DNA of 56,092 bases from Candidatus Geocrenenecus sp. JGI 0000106-J15 (lineage in GTDB: Archaea; Thermoproteota; Nitrososphaeria_A; Caldarchaeales; Wolframiiraptoraceae). The notes below the pieces were generated by a model. That model was not told the origin of the DNA. It searched no databases and was given only the letters and a program-made list of their open reading frames with translations. This document shows, in pieces, positions 45,789 to 55,690 of this stretch; within the stretch, counting starts at the first letter, position 1, and each line of letters starts with the position of its first letter. The stretch covers positions 1 to 56,092 of the forward strand of contig ASPF01000006.1 in the NCBI GenBank assembly GCA_000405685.1, written 5' to 3'. Position numbers and translations under genes: made by a program.

Positions 45789-47954
45789 ATGCCTGCTTTT
45801 ATAGTTAGGAGGATGGCGTTGAACATAAGAGATTTACCTATCCCCCAATACGTTGTAGAGAATCTGGTCAAGAAGAATATTAGCCAGCTATACCCTCCTC
45901 AGATTGAAGCTATTAAAGCAGGTATACTTAAGGGAGAGAATATCATCCTTTCTACTCCAACTGCATCAGGTAAGACCTTAGCAGCCTTATTAACAGCTTC
46001 TCTTCATCTCACTCGAGGAGGTAAAGTCCTCTATCTCGTACCTTTGAGAGCTCTAGCCTCAGAGAAGATAGCAGAGATTAATGAGATCTTATGTAGTGGC
46101 TCAAACTTTAAAGCAGCTATATCTACTGGCGATTATGACTCCTCGGATCCATGGCTGCAAGCATACGATGTCATCGTATCAACAAATGAGAAAGCTGATA
46201 GTCTTTTAAGACATGGTGCTCAATGGATTAGAGATATATCGTTGGTAATCCTTGATGAACTCCATCTAATAAGAGATAGTGAACGTGGCCCAACACTTGA
46301 GATGGTGATTACCAGACTTAAAAGAACGTTACCAAAAGCCCAATACATAGGATTGAGTGCAACTATAAGCAATGCTGGAGATCTCGGTAAATGGTTGAAC
46401 GCAAAGGTAATCCAGCTAGATTGGAGACCAGTCCCATTGAAAGAAGGTATACTATCGGACTCTAAAATAGAATTCAAAGATGGAGAAGTCAGAGAATTAA
46501 AAATCCTCCATAAAAATATCGTAGTAAATGCTGTGTTAAATATAGTTGAAGAAGGTGGTCAAGCTTTAGTCTTTGCTTCTACAAGAAAGAAGGCAGAAGA
46601 TTATGCATTAAAGATAGCTCAAGCATTCATTGAGAGGCTTGATACAATATCATGGGAAGAAAGAGATAGACTAAGAGAGTATGCGACAGAATTACTAGTA
46701 GAAGAAAGAAGTAGCTTTATAGAGAACCTGGCTAGACTTGTAGAAGCAGGAGCAGCATTTCATCATGCTGGATTATCTTCTCATCATAGAAGGATAATTG
46801 AGGAAGCTTTCAGAAATAGATTCTTGAAGGCTGTGGTTGCTACTCCCACCTTGGCAGCAGGAGTAAATCTACCTGCGAGAATGGTCCTGATAACTGAGGT
46901 GAAAAGATATATTTCAGGATACGGATACCAGAAGATTCCAGTAATAGAGTATAAGCAATTCTGTGGTAGAGCTGGTAGACCTTTATACGATGAAATCGGA
47001 TATGCTTTAACGGTTTCTCGGACAAATGAAGAAAAAGAATACATTATTCAGGAATATATTAATGGAGAATTAGAAAAGATCGTCTCTAGACTATCTTCAG
47101 AAAAACATCTGAGAACTCATGTCTTATCAATAATATCTTCAGCTGAAGTTGATAGTATTCCTAGTTTATTAGATTTTTTTGAAGAAACGTATCTTGGTCA
47201 ACTCTATGGATCAAAGAGTGTAAGAAGCAAGATAGAGTCAACTATAGAATTCTTAAAGTTATACGGGTTCATTGAGGTTAATGGTCGGTCTCTGAAGGCT
47301 ACAAAGCTTGGAGTAAGAGTTTCTCAGTTATATATTGATCCTCTAACAGCTAAGATACTGTTAGAAAACTTTAGAGAAGCACCTCCTACCTCCAATACAT
47401 TTGGCATGTTACACTTGATTGCTTTAACCCCTGAGATACCTAGAATACCTATGAAGAGATTAAGTATTTCACTACTTGAAGAATATCTTGAAAAGAATAA
47501 AGACTGGATGATTGTACCACCGTCGGACCCTGATGATGCATGTTACGATGAATACTTAGATGCAGTTAGATTGGCCATGGTACTGGAAGGATGGATTGAG
47601 GAATTACCTGAAGCTGAACTCTATGAAAGATTTGGTGTACAACCTGGAGACATGGCCGCTTTAAGAGAAACCGCTGAGTGGATTGCTTACTCCGCATCAC
47701 AGATAGCTAAGGTTTCTGGAATCACGAGGTTCATCATACCCTTCGAGAAGCTTACTGAAAGGATAAAGTATGGTGTTAAAGAGGAACTTATACCTCTCAC
47801 TAGACTGAAGGGTATAGGGAGGGTGAGGGCAAGAGCTCTCTACAGAGCTGGATATACATCTATCGAGAAGCTGAGATCTGCTACAATTGAAGATTTGACA
47901 AGAATATTGGGGATAGGTAGAAAGACGGCGGAGAAGATCTTAGAACAAGTTTAA
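45789..47954 (+). CDS. hel308: Hel308/Hjm Ski2-like DNA helicase
   Basis: 'TPTASGKT', 'DELH', 'SAT', 'HHAGL', and a C-terminal HhH-like 'LTRILGIGRKTAEKI'. The start may be Met9 (45813). Confidence 0.9.
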   Translation: MPAFIVRRMALNIRDLPIPQYVVENLVKKNISQLYPPQIEAIKAGILKGENIILSTPTASGKTLAALLTASLHLTRGGKVLYLVPLRALASEKIAEINEILCSGSNFKAAISTGDYDSSDPWLQAYDVIVSTNEKADSLLRHGAQWIRDISLVILDELHLIRDSERGPTLEMVITRLKRTLPKAQYIGLSATISNAGDLGKWLNAKVIQLDWRPVPLKEGILSDSKIEFKDGEVRELKILHKNIVVNAVLNIVEEGGQALVFASTRKKAEDYALKIAQAFIERLDTISWEERDRLREYATELLVEERSSFIENLARLVEAGAAFHHAGLSSHHRRIIEEAFRNRFLKAVVATPTLAAGVNLPARMVLITEVKRYISGYGYQKIPVIEYKQFCGRAGRPLYDEIGYALTVSRTNEEKEYIIQEYINGELEKIVSRLSSEKHLRTHVLSIISSAEVDSIPSLLDFFEETYLGQLYGSKSVRSKIESTIEFLKLYGFIEVNGRSLKATKLGVRVSQLYIDPLTAKILLENFREAPPTSNTFGMLHLIALTPEIPRIPMKRLSISLLEEYLEKNKDWMIVPPSDPDDACYDEYLDAVRLAMVLEGWIEELPEAELYERFGVQPGDMAALRETAEWIAYSASQIAKVSGITRFIIPFEKLTERIKYGVKEELIPLTRLKGIGRVRARALYRAGYTSIEKLRSATIEDLTRILGIGRKTAEKILEQV

Positions 47955-47971
47955 GCATAAAAGATAGATAC

Positions 47972-48469
47972 CTACGTCTGATTTAATCTTCTATAGAATT
48001 CATATACTGATTTCTCTTGGTTCTGCTCTATTGATCCTGGTCTAATCTTTCTAACAAAACTTATTGCATCTTCAGGTGTAATGCTCTTCTTAGCTATAAT
48101 ATAAGAAGCCAGTATGACTCCTGTTCTACCCAGACCAGCAGCACAATGTACGAGTACCCTGCCTCCAGCCTTAACTTCTTTCATTATCTCCTTAATGATC
48201 TTCTCTATTGTTTCTACGCTTGGTGCTGAATGATCTTTGATTGGAACATGGATATACTTAAAATTGAGAACCTCTATCCATTCATCGGGCAAGGGTGATT
48301 CGGTTAACGATATAATCATTGAGATACCTTTTTCCTTCACCCATTTAACCTGCTCGAAGCTAGTAGGTCTACCAGAGCCTGAAACATATTCATCTATCCA
48401 ACCAAAGCGATGCGGCATATCTTGAAAGATCCCTCGAATCCTCCTAAATATCTCTCCGCCCAAACTCAT
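47972..48469 (-). CDS. Dual-specificity / tyrosine protein phosphatase
   Basis: CX5R active site 'HCAAGLGRTG'. Confidence 0.85.
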   Translation of the reverse strand: MSLGGEIFRRIRGIFQDMPHRFGWIDEYVSGSGRPTSFEQVKWVKEKGISMIISLTESPLPDEWIEVLNFKYIHVPIKDHSAPSVETIEKIIKEIMKEVKAGGRVLVHCAAGLGRTGVILASYIIAKKSITPEDAISFVRKIRPGSIEQNQEKSVYEFYRRLNQT

Positions 48470-48570
48470 AGAAAATATTCAGAAGCTCGTATTAATATAC
48501 AATATTATTTTTTATACATGAATATATGCAGGAAATACTTTTCATTTAGCTTTAATATCTATTATTCAGA

Positions 48571-49275
48571 ATGACAGAGCTTCTTTACCTAGGAGATTGT
48601 TATATTAGTAGATTCGAAGCAGTAGTAAGAGATGTAACAAGCGAGGGTGTAATACTTGATAGAACCGCCTTCTACCCTGTAGGCGGTGGTCAGCCAAGCG
48701 ATACAGGCTGGATAGAATGGGGCCAGCATCGATCACAAGTAACACATGTCATAAAGAAGGATGAAGATGTATATCATGTACTAAGTGGAGAGTTGCCTAG
48801 TAGAGGAATGGTAGTAAGGGGAATCATAGACTGGGAAAAGAGGTATAAGTATATGCGATATCATACTGCAATACATATCCTTGCAGGAGTCGTATATTAT
48901 CTATACAATTCAACTATTACGGGAAGCCAGATCAGTGAAGATAAGGCTAGGATAGATTTTACCTTAGAAGATCTGAGTAAAGATAAAGTCGATAGAATAG
49001 AGTATGAAGCTAATAAAATTGTTGATGAAGCTAGAAATGTTAAGATAAAATTTATATCTAGAGAAGAGTTAATAAGCAATCCTCAGTTAATCCGTATAAA
49101 ACCTGAACTCATACCGAATCTTCCCTCTTTGAGAATAATTGAGATAGAAGGTTTCGATGCTCAACTAGATGGTGGAACACATGTATCGAATACTAAAGAG
49201 GTTGGGAAGATAAAGATATTGAAGACCATCAATAAGGGAAGGTTCAATAAGAGATTGGAAATAGTCTTAATGTAA
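48571..49275 (+). CDS. alaX: Alanyl-tRNA editing protein AlaX
   Basis: 'TAFYPVGGGQPSD', 'HTAIHIL' and 'LDGGTHV' zinc and editing motifs. Confidence 0.85.
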   Translation: MTELLYLGDCYISRFEAVVRDVTSEGVILDRTAFYPVGGGQPSDTGWIEWGQHRSQVTHVIKKDEDVYHVLSGELPSRGMVVRGIIDWEKRYKYMRYHTAIHILAGVVYYLYNSTITGSQISEDKARIDFTLEDLSKDKVDRIEYEANKIVDEARNVKIKFISREELISNPQLIRIKPELIPNLPSLRIIEIEGFDAQLDGGTHVSNTKEVGKIKILKTINKGRFNKRLEIVLM

Positions 49276-49294
49276 ATCTGTGGAGAGATAATAT

Positions 49295-50170
49295 ATGAAG
49301 CTACTTGCAGGTCCAGCATCTATCGAGATTGCTTACAAGATATCAAGTATGATGAAAGCTGATCTAATCGAAGTTGAACATAAATTCTTCCCCGACCATG
49401 AAAACTATATTAGAGTAAAAAAAGCTGTAAGAGGAGAAGATATAGTCGTTGTACAGGGTATGCATCCACCTCAAGACACACATATAATACAGACATTTTT
49501 CCTAATTGATGCATTAATAGATCTAGGTGCAAACTCAGTTGAACTAGTCTCACCTTATCTTGCTTATACTAGACAAGATAAGAGGTTTCTAGATGGTGAA
49601 GCCATAAGCTTCATGACATTATTAAAGATACTCAAGAATCTCGGATTAAGAAAAACATATACAGTAAATATACATTGTCCATGGCTTATTCCAGAATCTC
49701 CTATTCCTATTATAGATTTACGGGGAGAAAAACCCTTAGCTGTCTATATCCATGAACATAACTTCAGCAACCCAATCGTAGTCTCTGTTGGGAAGAAGGG
49801 GCTTGATATGGCCAAAATGGTTGCAGAATACCTAGGAGTAGAGTATACGGCAGCTCAATCGGACAGAGATAAGATTACAGGAAAGGTAAGAGTAGAGCTT
49901 GACGGTATCCCAGGGATGGAGGCGATAATAGTTGATGATATAATAAGTACTGGTGGCACAATGGTTGAATTAATTAAGCTCTTAAAGAAACGTGGGTTCC
50001 AGAAGATTTATGTAACATGTATTCATGCTCTACTAGTCGGAGACGCTGTCGATAAGATCTTTAACGCAGGTGCAGATAAGATAATAGCATCAGATACTAT
50101 CCCGAACAAGTTTGCTGAATATAGTGTCGCTGGAATAATCTCAGAAGAATTAAAGAAAAGCTATGGATGA
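49295..50170 (+). CDS. prs: Ribose-phosphate pyrophosphokinase
   Basis: 'YLAYTRQDKRF' and PRPP-binding loop 'IVDDIISTGGT'. Confidence 0.9.
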   Translation: MKLLAGPASIEIAYKISSMMKADLIEVEHKFFPDHENYIRVKKAVRGEDIVVVQGMHPPQDTHIIQTFFLIDALIDLGANSVELVSPYLAYTRQDKRFLDGEAISFMTLLKILKNLGLRKTYTVNIHCPWLIPESPIPIIDLRGEKPLAVYIHEHNFSNPIVVSVGKKGLDMAKMVAEYLGVEYTAAQSDRDKITGKVRVELDGIPGMEAIIVDDIISTGGTMVELIKLLKKRGFQKIYVTCIHALLVGDAVDKIFNAGADKIIASDTIPNKFAEYSVAGIISEELKKSYG

Positions 50171-51194
50171 AACATATCTCTTCTTATTATCAGGATTAGA
50201 TGTAGACTTACCTCTCGGTGAGATAAAAGCAGCCCTCTCCCTTCTTCATCCTGAGCATAAAATAATCAAAAGAGAAGGCAGAGTATTAATTGTAAGAACG
50301 TCAGGTAGAGTTGCAGAAGAAGTTGTGGAGAGAGCTGCATACACTAAGTTGTCAGCTCTATTATTGTTTGAAACAACGACAGATGAGAAGTACATACTAT
50401 CCTCAATCGATACCTCGGTTATCAGGGATATAGTTCCACCTAATTCAACAATACTAGTGAGAGGAATAACTATTAATGGAGCAAACATTAGAAAAACAGA
50501 TCTTGAAAAAAAGATTGGTAGCTTAATCATTGATGGCCTACTTAGTTTAAAAGTAGATTTGAGAAGACCAGACTATACAATAATCTTCATCGCTTCTCCA
50601 GAAAAAACATATATCGGAGTCCTCAAGAAGATTAAACCTAAGAGATTCTTCTACTATAGAGTAGCTGGACGGAGACTCTTCACTCTACCTTCTGCTATGC
50701 AGCCTGACCTATCTAGATGCCTCGTTAACTTAAGTAGAACCAGGATTGGTGGAAGAATATTAGATCCTTTTGCAGGAACAGGAGGTATAATGATTGAAGC
50801 AGCACTCTTAGGATACGAGGTCTACGGTATAGAGTTGAAGAAATGGATAGCTTTAGGAGCTCTAAAGAATCTAAAATATTATACCTCAAGCTCCGAGAAC
50901 ATAATCATAGGAGATGCAAGAAAACTAATGTTTAGAAGATGCTTCAATAGTATCGTAACAGATCCTCCATATGGTAGGTCAACTACGATCCCAGATTATT
51001 CTCTAATCAATCTATTAGAAACATTCTTCTACGAATCGCTGGAATGCCTAGAAGATAATGCATCAGTAACCTTAGTTACACCTGAAGAGATAAATATCGA
51101 AGATATCGCATTACATGCAGGTTATACTGTAGAGGAATCATATAAGGTAAGAATACATAGAAGTCTTGTAAGAAAGATAATGGTGTTTAGATGA
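50163..51194 (+). CDS. trm11: tRNA (guanine(10)-N2)-methyltransferase, Trm11/TrmG10 type (THUMP plus MTase)
   Basis: SAM motif 'LDPFAGTGG' and catalytic 'TDPPYG'. N-terminal THUMP-sized domain. Confidence 0.8.
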   Translation: MDETYLFLLSGLDVDLPLGEIKAALSLLHPEHKIIKREGRVLIVRTSGRVAEEVVERAAYTKLSALLLFETTTDEKYILSSIDTSVIRDIVPPNSTILVRGITINGANIRKTDLEKKIGSLIIDGLLSLKVDLRRPDYTIIFIASPEKTYIGVLKKIKPKRFFYYRVAGRRLFTLPSAMQPDLSRCLVNLSRTRIGGRILDPFAGTGGIMIEAALLGYEVYGIELKKWIALGALKNLKYYTSSSENIIIGDARKLMFRRCFNSIVTDPPYGRSTTIPDYSLINLLETFFYESLECLEDNASVTLVTPEEINIEDIALHAGYTVEESYKVRIHRSLVRKIMVFR

Positions 51195-52111
51195 GTACTC
51201 TAAGACTAACCTTCCTCGGTACAGGTGGAGGTACTCCAAGCATTCGTAGAGGACTCCCTTCTATCGCAGTAAATTATAGTGGAGAGCTGATCTTATTTGA
51301 TTGTGGAGAATCAACTCAGAGACAGATGATGAAAGCTGGAGTAGGATTCAAGACAAAGTTTACTATATTTCTCACACATCTTCATGGAGACCACGTTCTA
51401 GGACTACCTGGGCTACTCTACACGCTCTCAATGCTAGATAGAAAAGAGCCTATAACAATCTATGGACCTAGAGGAGTAGAAGATTTCATAGAAATGATTC
51501 AGAAGACAAGATATGGAAAGATCCAGTTTGAGATAGAAGTTATAAGAACTAGAGAAGGATCAATCTATCAATCTAGAGAATATGAAGTAGTAGCTACTAG
51601 GTCTAGCCATACTATCGAGTCTTTCTGCTATATGTTTAGAGAGAAGAATAGAGCTGGAAAAATGAATATAGAGTTTCTTGAACAAATAGGCTTGCCTCGA
51701 GGTCCTCTATGGGGAAGACTTCAAAGAGGAGAAGCAGTAGAATGGGGCGGTAGAATAATAAGACCTAAGGAAGCTGTTGGACCGCCACGTCCTGGTAGAA
51801 AGATTATCTATACAGGGGATACTATGCCTGATGATAGAATTGCCGAGTTTGCAAGAGATGGAGATGTATTAATTCATGACTCGACATTCGATTCAAGCTA
51901 TGAGATGGAGGCTGCAAAACAGGGACACTCAACTTCGAGGCAAGCAGCTGAGATCGCTAAAAAAGCTAGAGTAAAAAGGCTGTATTTATTTCATATAAGC
52001 CCTAGATATGAGAATAATTCAGATAAACTACTTCTTGAAGCAGTAAAGATATTTCCTGAAACATATCTTGCAGAAGACTTTCATACATATGAAGTCCCAT
52101 ACAGTGATTGA
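51191..52111 (+). CDS. rnz: Ribonuclease Z
   Basis: 'FLGTGGGTPS', 'LFDCGE' and 'LTHLHGDH'. 4-nt overlap with the upstream gene. Confidence 0.9.
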   Translation: MSTLRLTFLGTGGGTPSIRRGLPSIAVNYSGELILFDCGESTQRQMMKAGVGFKTKFTIFLTHLHGDHVLGLPGLLYTLSMLDRKEPITIYGPRGVEDFIEMIQKTRYGKIQFEIEVIRTREGSIYQSREYEVVATRSSHTIESFCYMFREKNRAGKMNIEFLEQIGLPRGPLWGRLQRGEAVEWGGRIIRPKEAVGPPRPGRKIIYTGDTMPDDRIAEFARDGDVLIHDSTFDSSYEMEAAKQGHSTSRQAAEIAKKARVKRLYLFHISPRYENNSDKLLLEAVKIFPETYLAEDFHTYEVPYSD

Positions 52112-52134
52112 TCTACTAATTTAAGCTAGTCATC

Positions 52135-52518
52135 CTACTCAGTTAGCCATTCAATTACTTTATCTACATCATTACTTTCTATCTCTATTCTTATAGGTGG
52201 TAGAGGTGACTCAGTAAAAGGCTCAGTAAAAGATGCTTGCCTTACATATGCAGCCTGCTTATTCATATAGAATACCAACTTACTATTAAGCTTAGACTGT
52301 CTTAGAATACTTCTCGCTGCAGCTCTAATCTTCCTACTTCTCAGCATATTCTTCAAGTTTTCTAGAGACTCTAACTTAGAGCCTTCCCCGACTACAACCT
52401 CTATATTCCCCTGAACTTGAACATGGAGATCAATATCTGGAAACAGGTTCTTGACAGCTTGAATAGTTTTCTCTCTACTCTCAGTTGGATATACCTCGGC
52501 TTCAATCTTAATCTTCAT
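52135..52518 (-). CDS. UPF0201 / COG1931 predicted RNA-binding protein
   Basis: 127 aa. 'KIEAEVYPTESREKTIQAVKNLFP' is the typical N-terminus of this archaeal family as I recall it. Confidence 0.6.
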   Translation of the reverse strand: MKIKIEAEVYPTESREKTIQAVKNLFPDIDLHVQVQGNIEVVVGEGSKLESLENLKNMLRSRKIRAAARSILRQSKLNSKLVFYMNKQAAYVRQASFTEPFTESPLPPIRIEIESNDVDKVIEWLTE

Positions 52519-52649
52519 ATACTATTCACAAATATGTAAGAAAAAGATGATAAAAATGTTTAACATTGAATAAGGATGCATCCTTTCATACTTTATCTAA
52601 ACTAATCTTAGAGAAAATCTTAATAACCGAGAAGAGAAGAAAAATATAG

Positions 52650-52705
52650 ATGATGTATCTGACCAGGCTGACCCAAACGGGGATGATCGAGATCTTGAGC
52701 GCTGA
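52650..52705 (+). ncRNA. Candidate C/D-box sRNA
   Basis: AUGAUGU (C, 52650..52656), 11 nt, CUGA (D', 52668..52671), 11 nt, AUGAUCG (degenerate C', 52683..52689), 12 nt, CUGA (D, 52702..52705). No terminal stem is visible and no target could be checked. Confidence 0.35.
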
Positions 52706-52910
52706 ACCAAACTAATGATTATGATAAGTTTCCTTAAGTAACCTTAGGACATCCAATGCTCTGAGAAGCTGAGAGAAGAGGTTATCGCTCTCATAATACA
52801 GGACCCCCTCTATTAGTCGAAGGCTTAGCAAACTTAAACTATAAAGAAAAGAGAGATAGTTTCATCTTTAAGATTCTTATAACAAGTCTATCCACCGTAA
52901 TGTATAAAGT

Positions 52911-52986
52911 TAGCGGGGGCTGGATTTGAACCAGCGTTCTCCGGGTTATGAGCCCGGCGGGTTAGCCCTGGCTACCCTACCCCGCT
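52911..52986 (-). tRNA. Initiator tRNA-Met(CAU)
   Basis: Manual fold. 5' AGCGGGG pairs with CCCCGCU, giving an A1:U72 pair and discriminator A. Anticodon arm is CCGGG-CUCAUAA-CCCGG, with three G:C pairs next to the loop. T arm is GCTGG-TTCAAAT-CCAGC. Confidence 0.85.
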
Positions 52987-53029
52987 TTTATCCCTAAATA
53001 CAATATTATGTGGAGGGTCTTAATATAGG

Positions 53030-53938
53030 TTACATTTTTCTTACAGCCTTAAATTTTCTCTCTAAATTTTTGAGGAATTCTATTTTACACTCTTCATAAT
53101 TCATGCTCTTTACTTTTCTTGCTAGGTTTATCTCTTCTAATAGATGGGGGAAAAGATTTCCAGTTGTCGGTAGTTTCTCATCTTTACTTAGTAAGGAGAC
53201 ATAAACCAAGGATTGGGCGGCCATCAGTTTCTCGTATCCATCTAACTGCTGGTTTAACATATATGCTTTAGTTAGAGTATCGCCAGGATTCTCATCTAGC
53301 TCTAGGTTTAATAGTTTACATGCTTTCTCTAGTAAGTTAACGGTTTCTACTCTTACATTGTGTCTCTGTAAGAACAATGGTAGAAGTATGTGGAGGTATC
53401 CAGCTTCCACTATTATCTTTTCATCTTCTCGGAGTTCTGCAATCGCAGCCGCCCTCATATAATCTCTTAGCTTAAATCTTTCAGAATCCTTTCTAGCAAA
53501 TTCTATAACCTTGTCTACTATCCTATCAAACTCTCCCTTCATTAATTCTTCTTGATACTCGATAAGTTTCCCAACAGCATCTCTCTCAACTTCAAGAACA
53601 TTCTTGACTTCTGGATTACTGATATATTCTTTGAATTTTCCCACCTTTATAGATATATGTATTCTCTCTATTATATCAAGATAAGGCTCAATCTGAAGCA
53701 CCTTCAGACCTTGATTATGTAGATTCTTTAAGAGGCAGGCTTGATGAAGAGTATACTGTGGAAAACTAGTATCAGAACTATTAACATATTCTTCTAGGCT
53801 GATAGATCCTTTTAAATATCTCTCCAATAGAAGATCGCTCGGTTCTTCTAAAACTAGAACGCTATATCTATCAGCTTCTTCTCTGAGAAGCTCTAAAAAC
53901 TCCACTCTATGGGCTAGGAAGACAACCTTGACCTCCAT
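53030..53938 (-). CDS. Hypothetical protein
   Basis: 302 aa, helical and acidic. No family recognised. Confidence 0.5.
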   Translation of the reverse strand: MEVKVVFLAHRVEFLELLREEADRYSVLVLEEPSDLLLERYLKGSISLEEYVNSSDTSFPQYTLHQACLLKNLHNQGLKVLQIEPYLDIIERIHISIKVGKFKEYISNPEVKNVLEVERDAVGKLIEYQEELMKGEFDRIVDKVIEFARKDSERFKLRDYMRAAAIAELREDEKIIVEAGYLHILLPLFLQRHNVRVETVNLLEKACKLLNLELDENPGDTLTKAYMLNQQLDGYEKLMAAQSLVYVSLLSKDEKLPTTGNLFPHLLEEINLARKVKSMNYEECKIEFLKNLERKFKAVRKM

Positions 53939-54092
53939 AAACCCTCATCTATCTTACATACACCGTTAGCAAGCTCTCTCTACAATGATATTAATATTTC
54001 TAAAGATAAATTCTTTAAGTTAGAAGAATCTGAAGGTTATATCCTCTATCTTAATTAATCTCCCTGTAGAAGAAGATAATGAAAAAGCCAAG

Positions 54093-55364
54093 ATGGATAA
54101 GAAGTTATGGATAGGTCTAGATGATACAGATTCAAGAAAAGGTGGATGTACAACCTATATCGGAGCAATACTTCTTAGAAGAATAAGAGATGAAGGCTAC
54201 AACATAATAGGTTATCCCAGGCTGGTTAGGCTTAATCCAAATTGTCCATACAAAACTAGGGGAAATGCAGCCATAGCATTAGCTGTTGAAGCAGACAGTC
54301 CTGAGCCATTTGAAGATATTGTATCAAGCATAATTGAAGAATATGCTGAGCTTCAAGCTGTAGGAACAGATCCTGGAGCTGTATTACTACTTGGAGAACC
54401 TAGCTATGAATTGAAAGAATATTATTGGCATGTTGTTAGAGACCTATCTACAAAAGAGGAAGCTGAGAAAATTGCTAGACAGAATAAAGTTAGACTACTT
54501 GAATGGAATATGGGTCGAGGCATTATTGGGGCTCTCGCTGCCATAGGTGCTGATTTAACTAGAGATAAGACGTATGAATTGATCGCTCATAGGAAGAAGG
54601 AATACTGGGGAACCGTAAGGTCGTTTGACCCAAGAAGTGTATGGGAGATGGATAGAAGAACATATCCATTAACTTTCGATAATGTTGATAGAGAAACAGG
54701 AGAGATCAGAATTACACCTCATACTCCATGCCCAGTCCTTCTCGGTATTAGAGGGGTTACACCAAACATCCTAGAAGAAGCTTATAAGATGCTGACAATA
54801 AACGAGCCAGTGGAGTTTTACACCATCTTTGAAACTAATCAAGGAACGGATGCTCATCTACAATTAATGAGGATAAAAGATGTCAAGAACAATGTCTCAG
54901 CTATAATAGATGGAGTTGTAAAATCTAAGCCAAGATTTACCGTCGGCGGTCATGTATTCTTTACTTTAGGAGATGACACAGGAGAGATAACCTGTGCTGC
55001 CTACGAGCCAACAAAGAAGTTTAGACACATAATCATAGAACTGGAGCCTGGAGATAAAGTCACAGTATATGGCGCAGTAAAGAAGAAACCTCAAGGATTT
55101 ACACTGAACCTAGAGAAGATACATATCAAGTCTCTAGTAGATTTAAAGATAGTTAAACCTCCTACATGCCCCATATGTAGTAAAAAGATGGAAAAAATTG
55201 ATAAAACAAGATACTTCTGCAGAGACTGTAATGCTTTCTCTCGCAGCCCCGAGGTTATTAACATTGGGAGGAAGATTCTATGCGGTATTTATGAAGTGCC
55301 TCCTTCAGCTAGGAGACATCTATCTAAGCCTTTAGCTCTCACCAGTGACTACCAACATGGTTAA
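54093..55364 (+). CDS. tiaS: tRNA(Ile2) 2-agmatinylcytidine synthetase TiaS
   Basis: 'GLDDTDSRKGGCTTY' N-terminal kinase-like motif, an OB-fold-sized middle region, and a C-terminal zinc ribbon 'CPICSKKM...CRDC'. Confidence 0.85.
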   Translation: MDKKLWIGLDDTDSRKGGCTTYIGAILLRRIRDEGYNIIGYPRLVRLNPNCPYKTRGNAAIALAVEADSPEPFEDIVSSIIEEYAELQAVGTDPGAVLLLGEPSYELKEYYWHVVRDLSTKEEAEKIARQNKVRLLEWNMGRGIIGALAAIGADLTRDKTYELIAHRKKEYWGTVRSFDPRSVWEMDRRTYPLTFDNVDRETGEIRITPHTPCPVLLGIRGVTPNILEEAYKMLTINEPVEFYTIFETNQGTDAHLQLMRIKDVKNNVSAIIDGVVKSKPRFTVGGHVFFTLGDDTGEITCAAYEPTKKFRHIIIELEPGDKVTVYGAVKKKPQGFTLNLEKIHIKSLVDLKIVKPPTCPICSKKMEKIDKTRYFCRDCNAFSRSPEVINIGRKILCGIYEVPPSARRHLSKPLALTSDYQHG

Positions 55365-55571
55365 AGTACTTCGTACTTTATCCAACCTTCTTATCTTCCA
55401 TGATATTATCTCTTTAAGTTTATCCATGTTCTCTGCTTCAACTTTCGCTATAATATCGTACACTCCGTAAACAACATAGGCTTCTTTCACATTAGCGATT
55501 TTTTTCAATTCTTGAAGTATCTCTTCTTCTGCTCCAATCTCCGTATTTATTAATACGAACGCTGAAGGCAT
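55332..55571 (-). CDS. Stand-alone Lrp/AsnC ligand-binding (RAM) domain protein
   Basis: 79 aa. 'AFVLINTEIGAEEEILQELKKIANVKEAYVVYGVYDIIAKVE' is a typical RAM-domain pattern. Its 3' end overlaps tiaS by 33 nt (convergent). Confidence 0.7.
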   Translation of the reverse strand: MPSAFVLINTEIGAEEEILQELKKIANVKEAYVVYGVYDIIAKVEAENMDKLKEIISWKIRRLDKVRSTLTMLVVTGES

Positions 55572-55690
55572 ACATTTTATTTCTTCAAAGGGATAAATAA
55601 ACGCTTCTATTAATTATGTTACTCCTAAATCGGGCTTCTAGACTAATCTAGGAAGGTATTTAACATGATTCTATACTTCCATATTAAGGA

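Noticed and set aside
52721-52772. Second C/D-box sRNA candidate (AUGAUAA … CUGA/CUGA)
   Set aside because: There are no credible internal D'/C' boxes, and the spacing does not fit the 12-nt rule.
52911-55364. The CAU-anticodon tRNA as tRNA-Ile2, the substrate of the neighbouring TiaS
   Set aside because: The A1:U72 pair, the AGCGGGG…CCCCGCUA ends and three G:C pairs closing the anticodon stem are initiator features. The adjacency to tiaS is probably coincidental.
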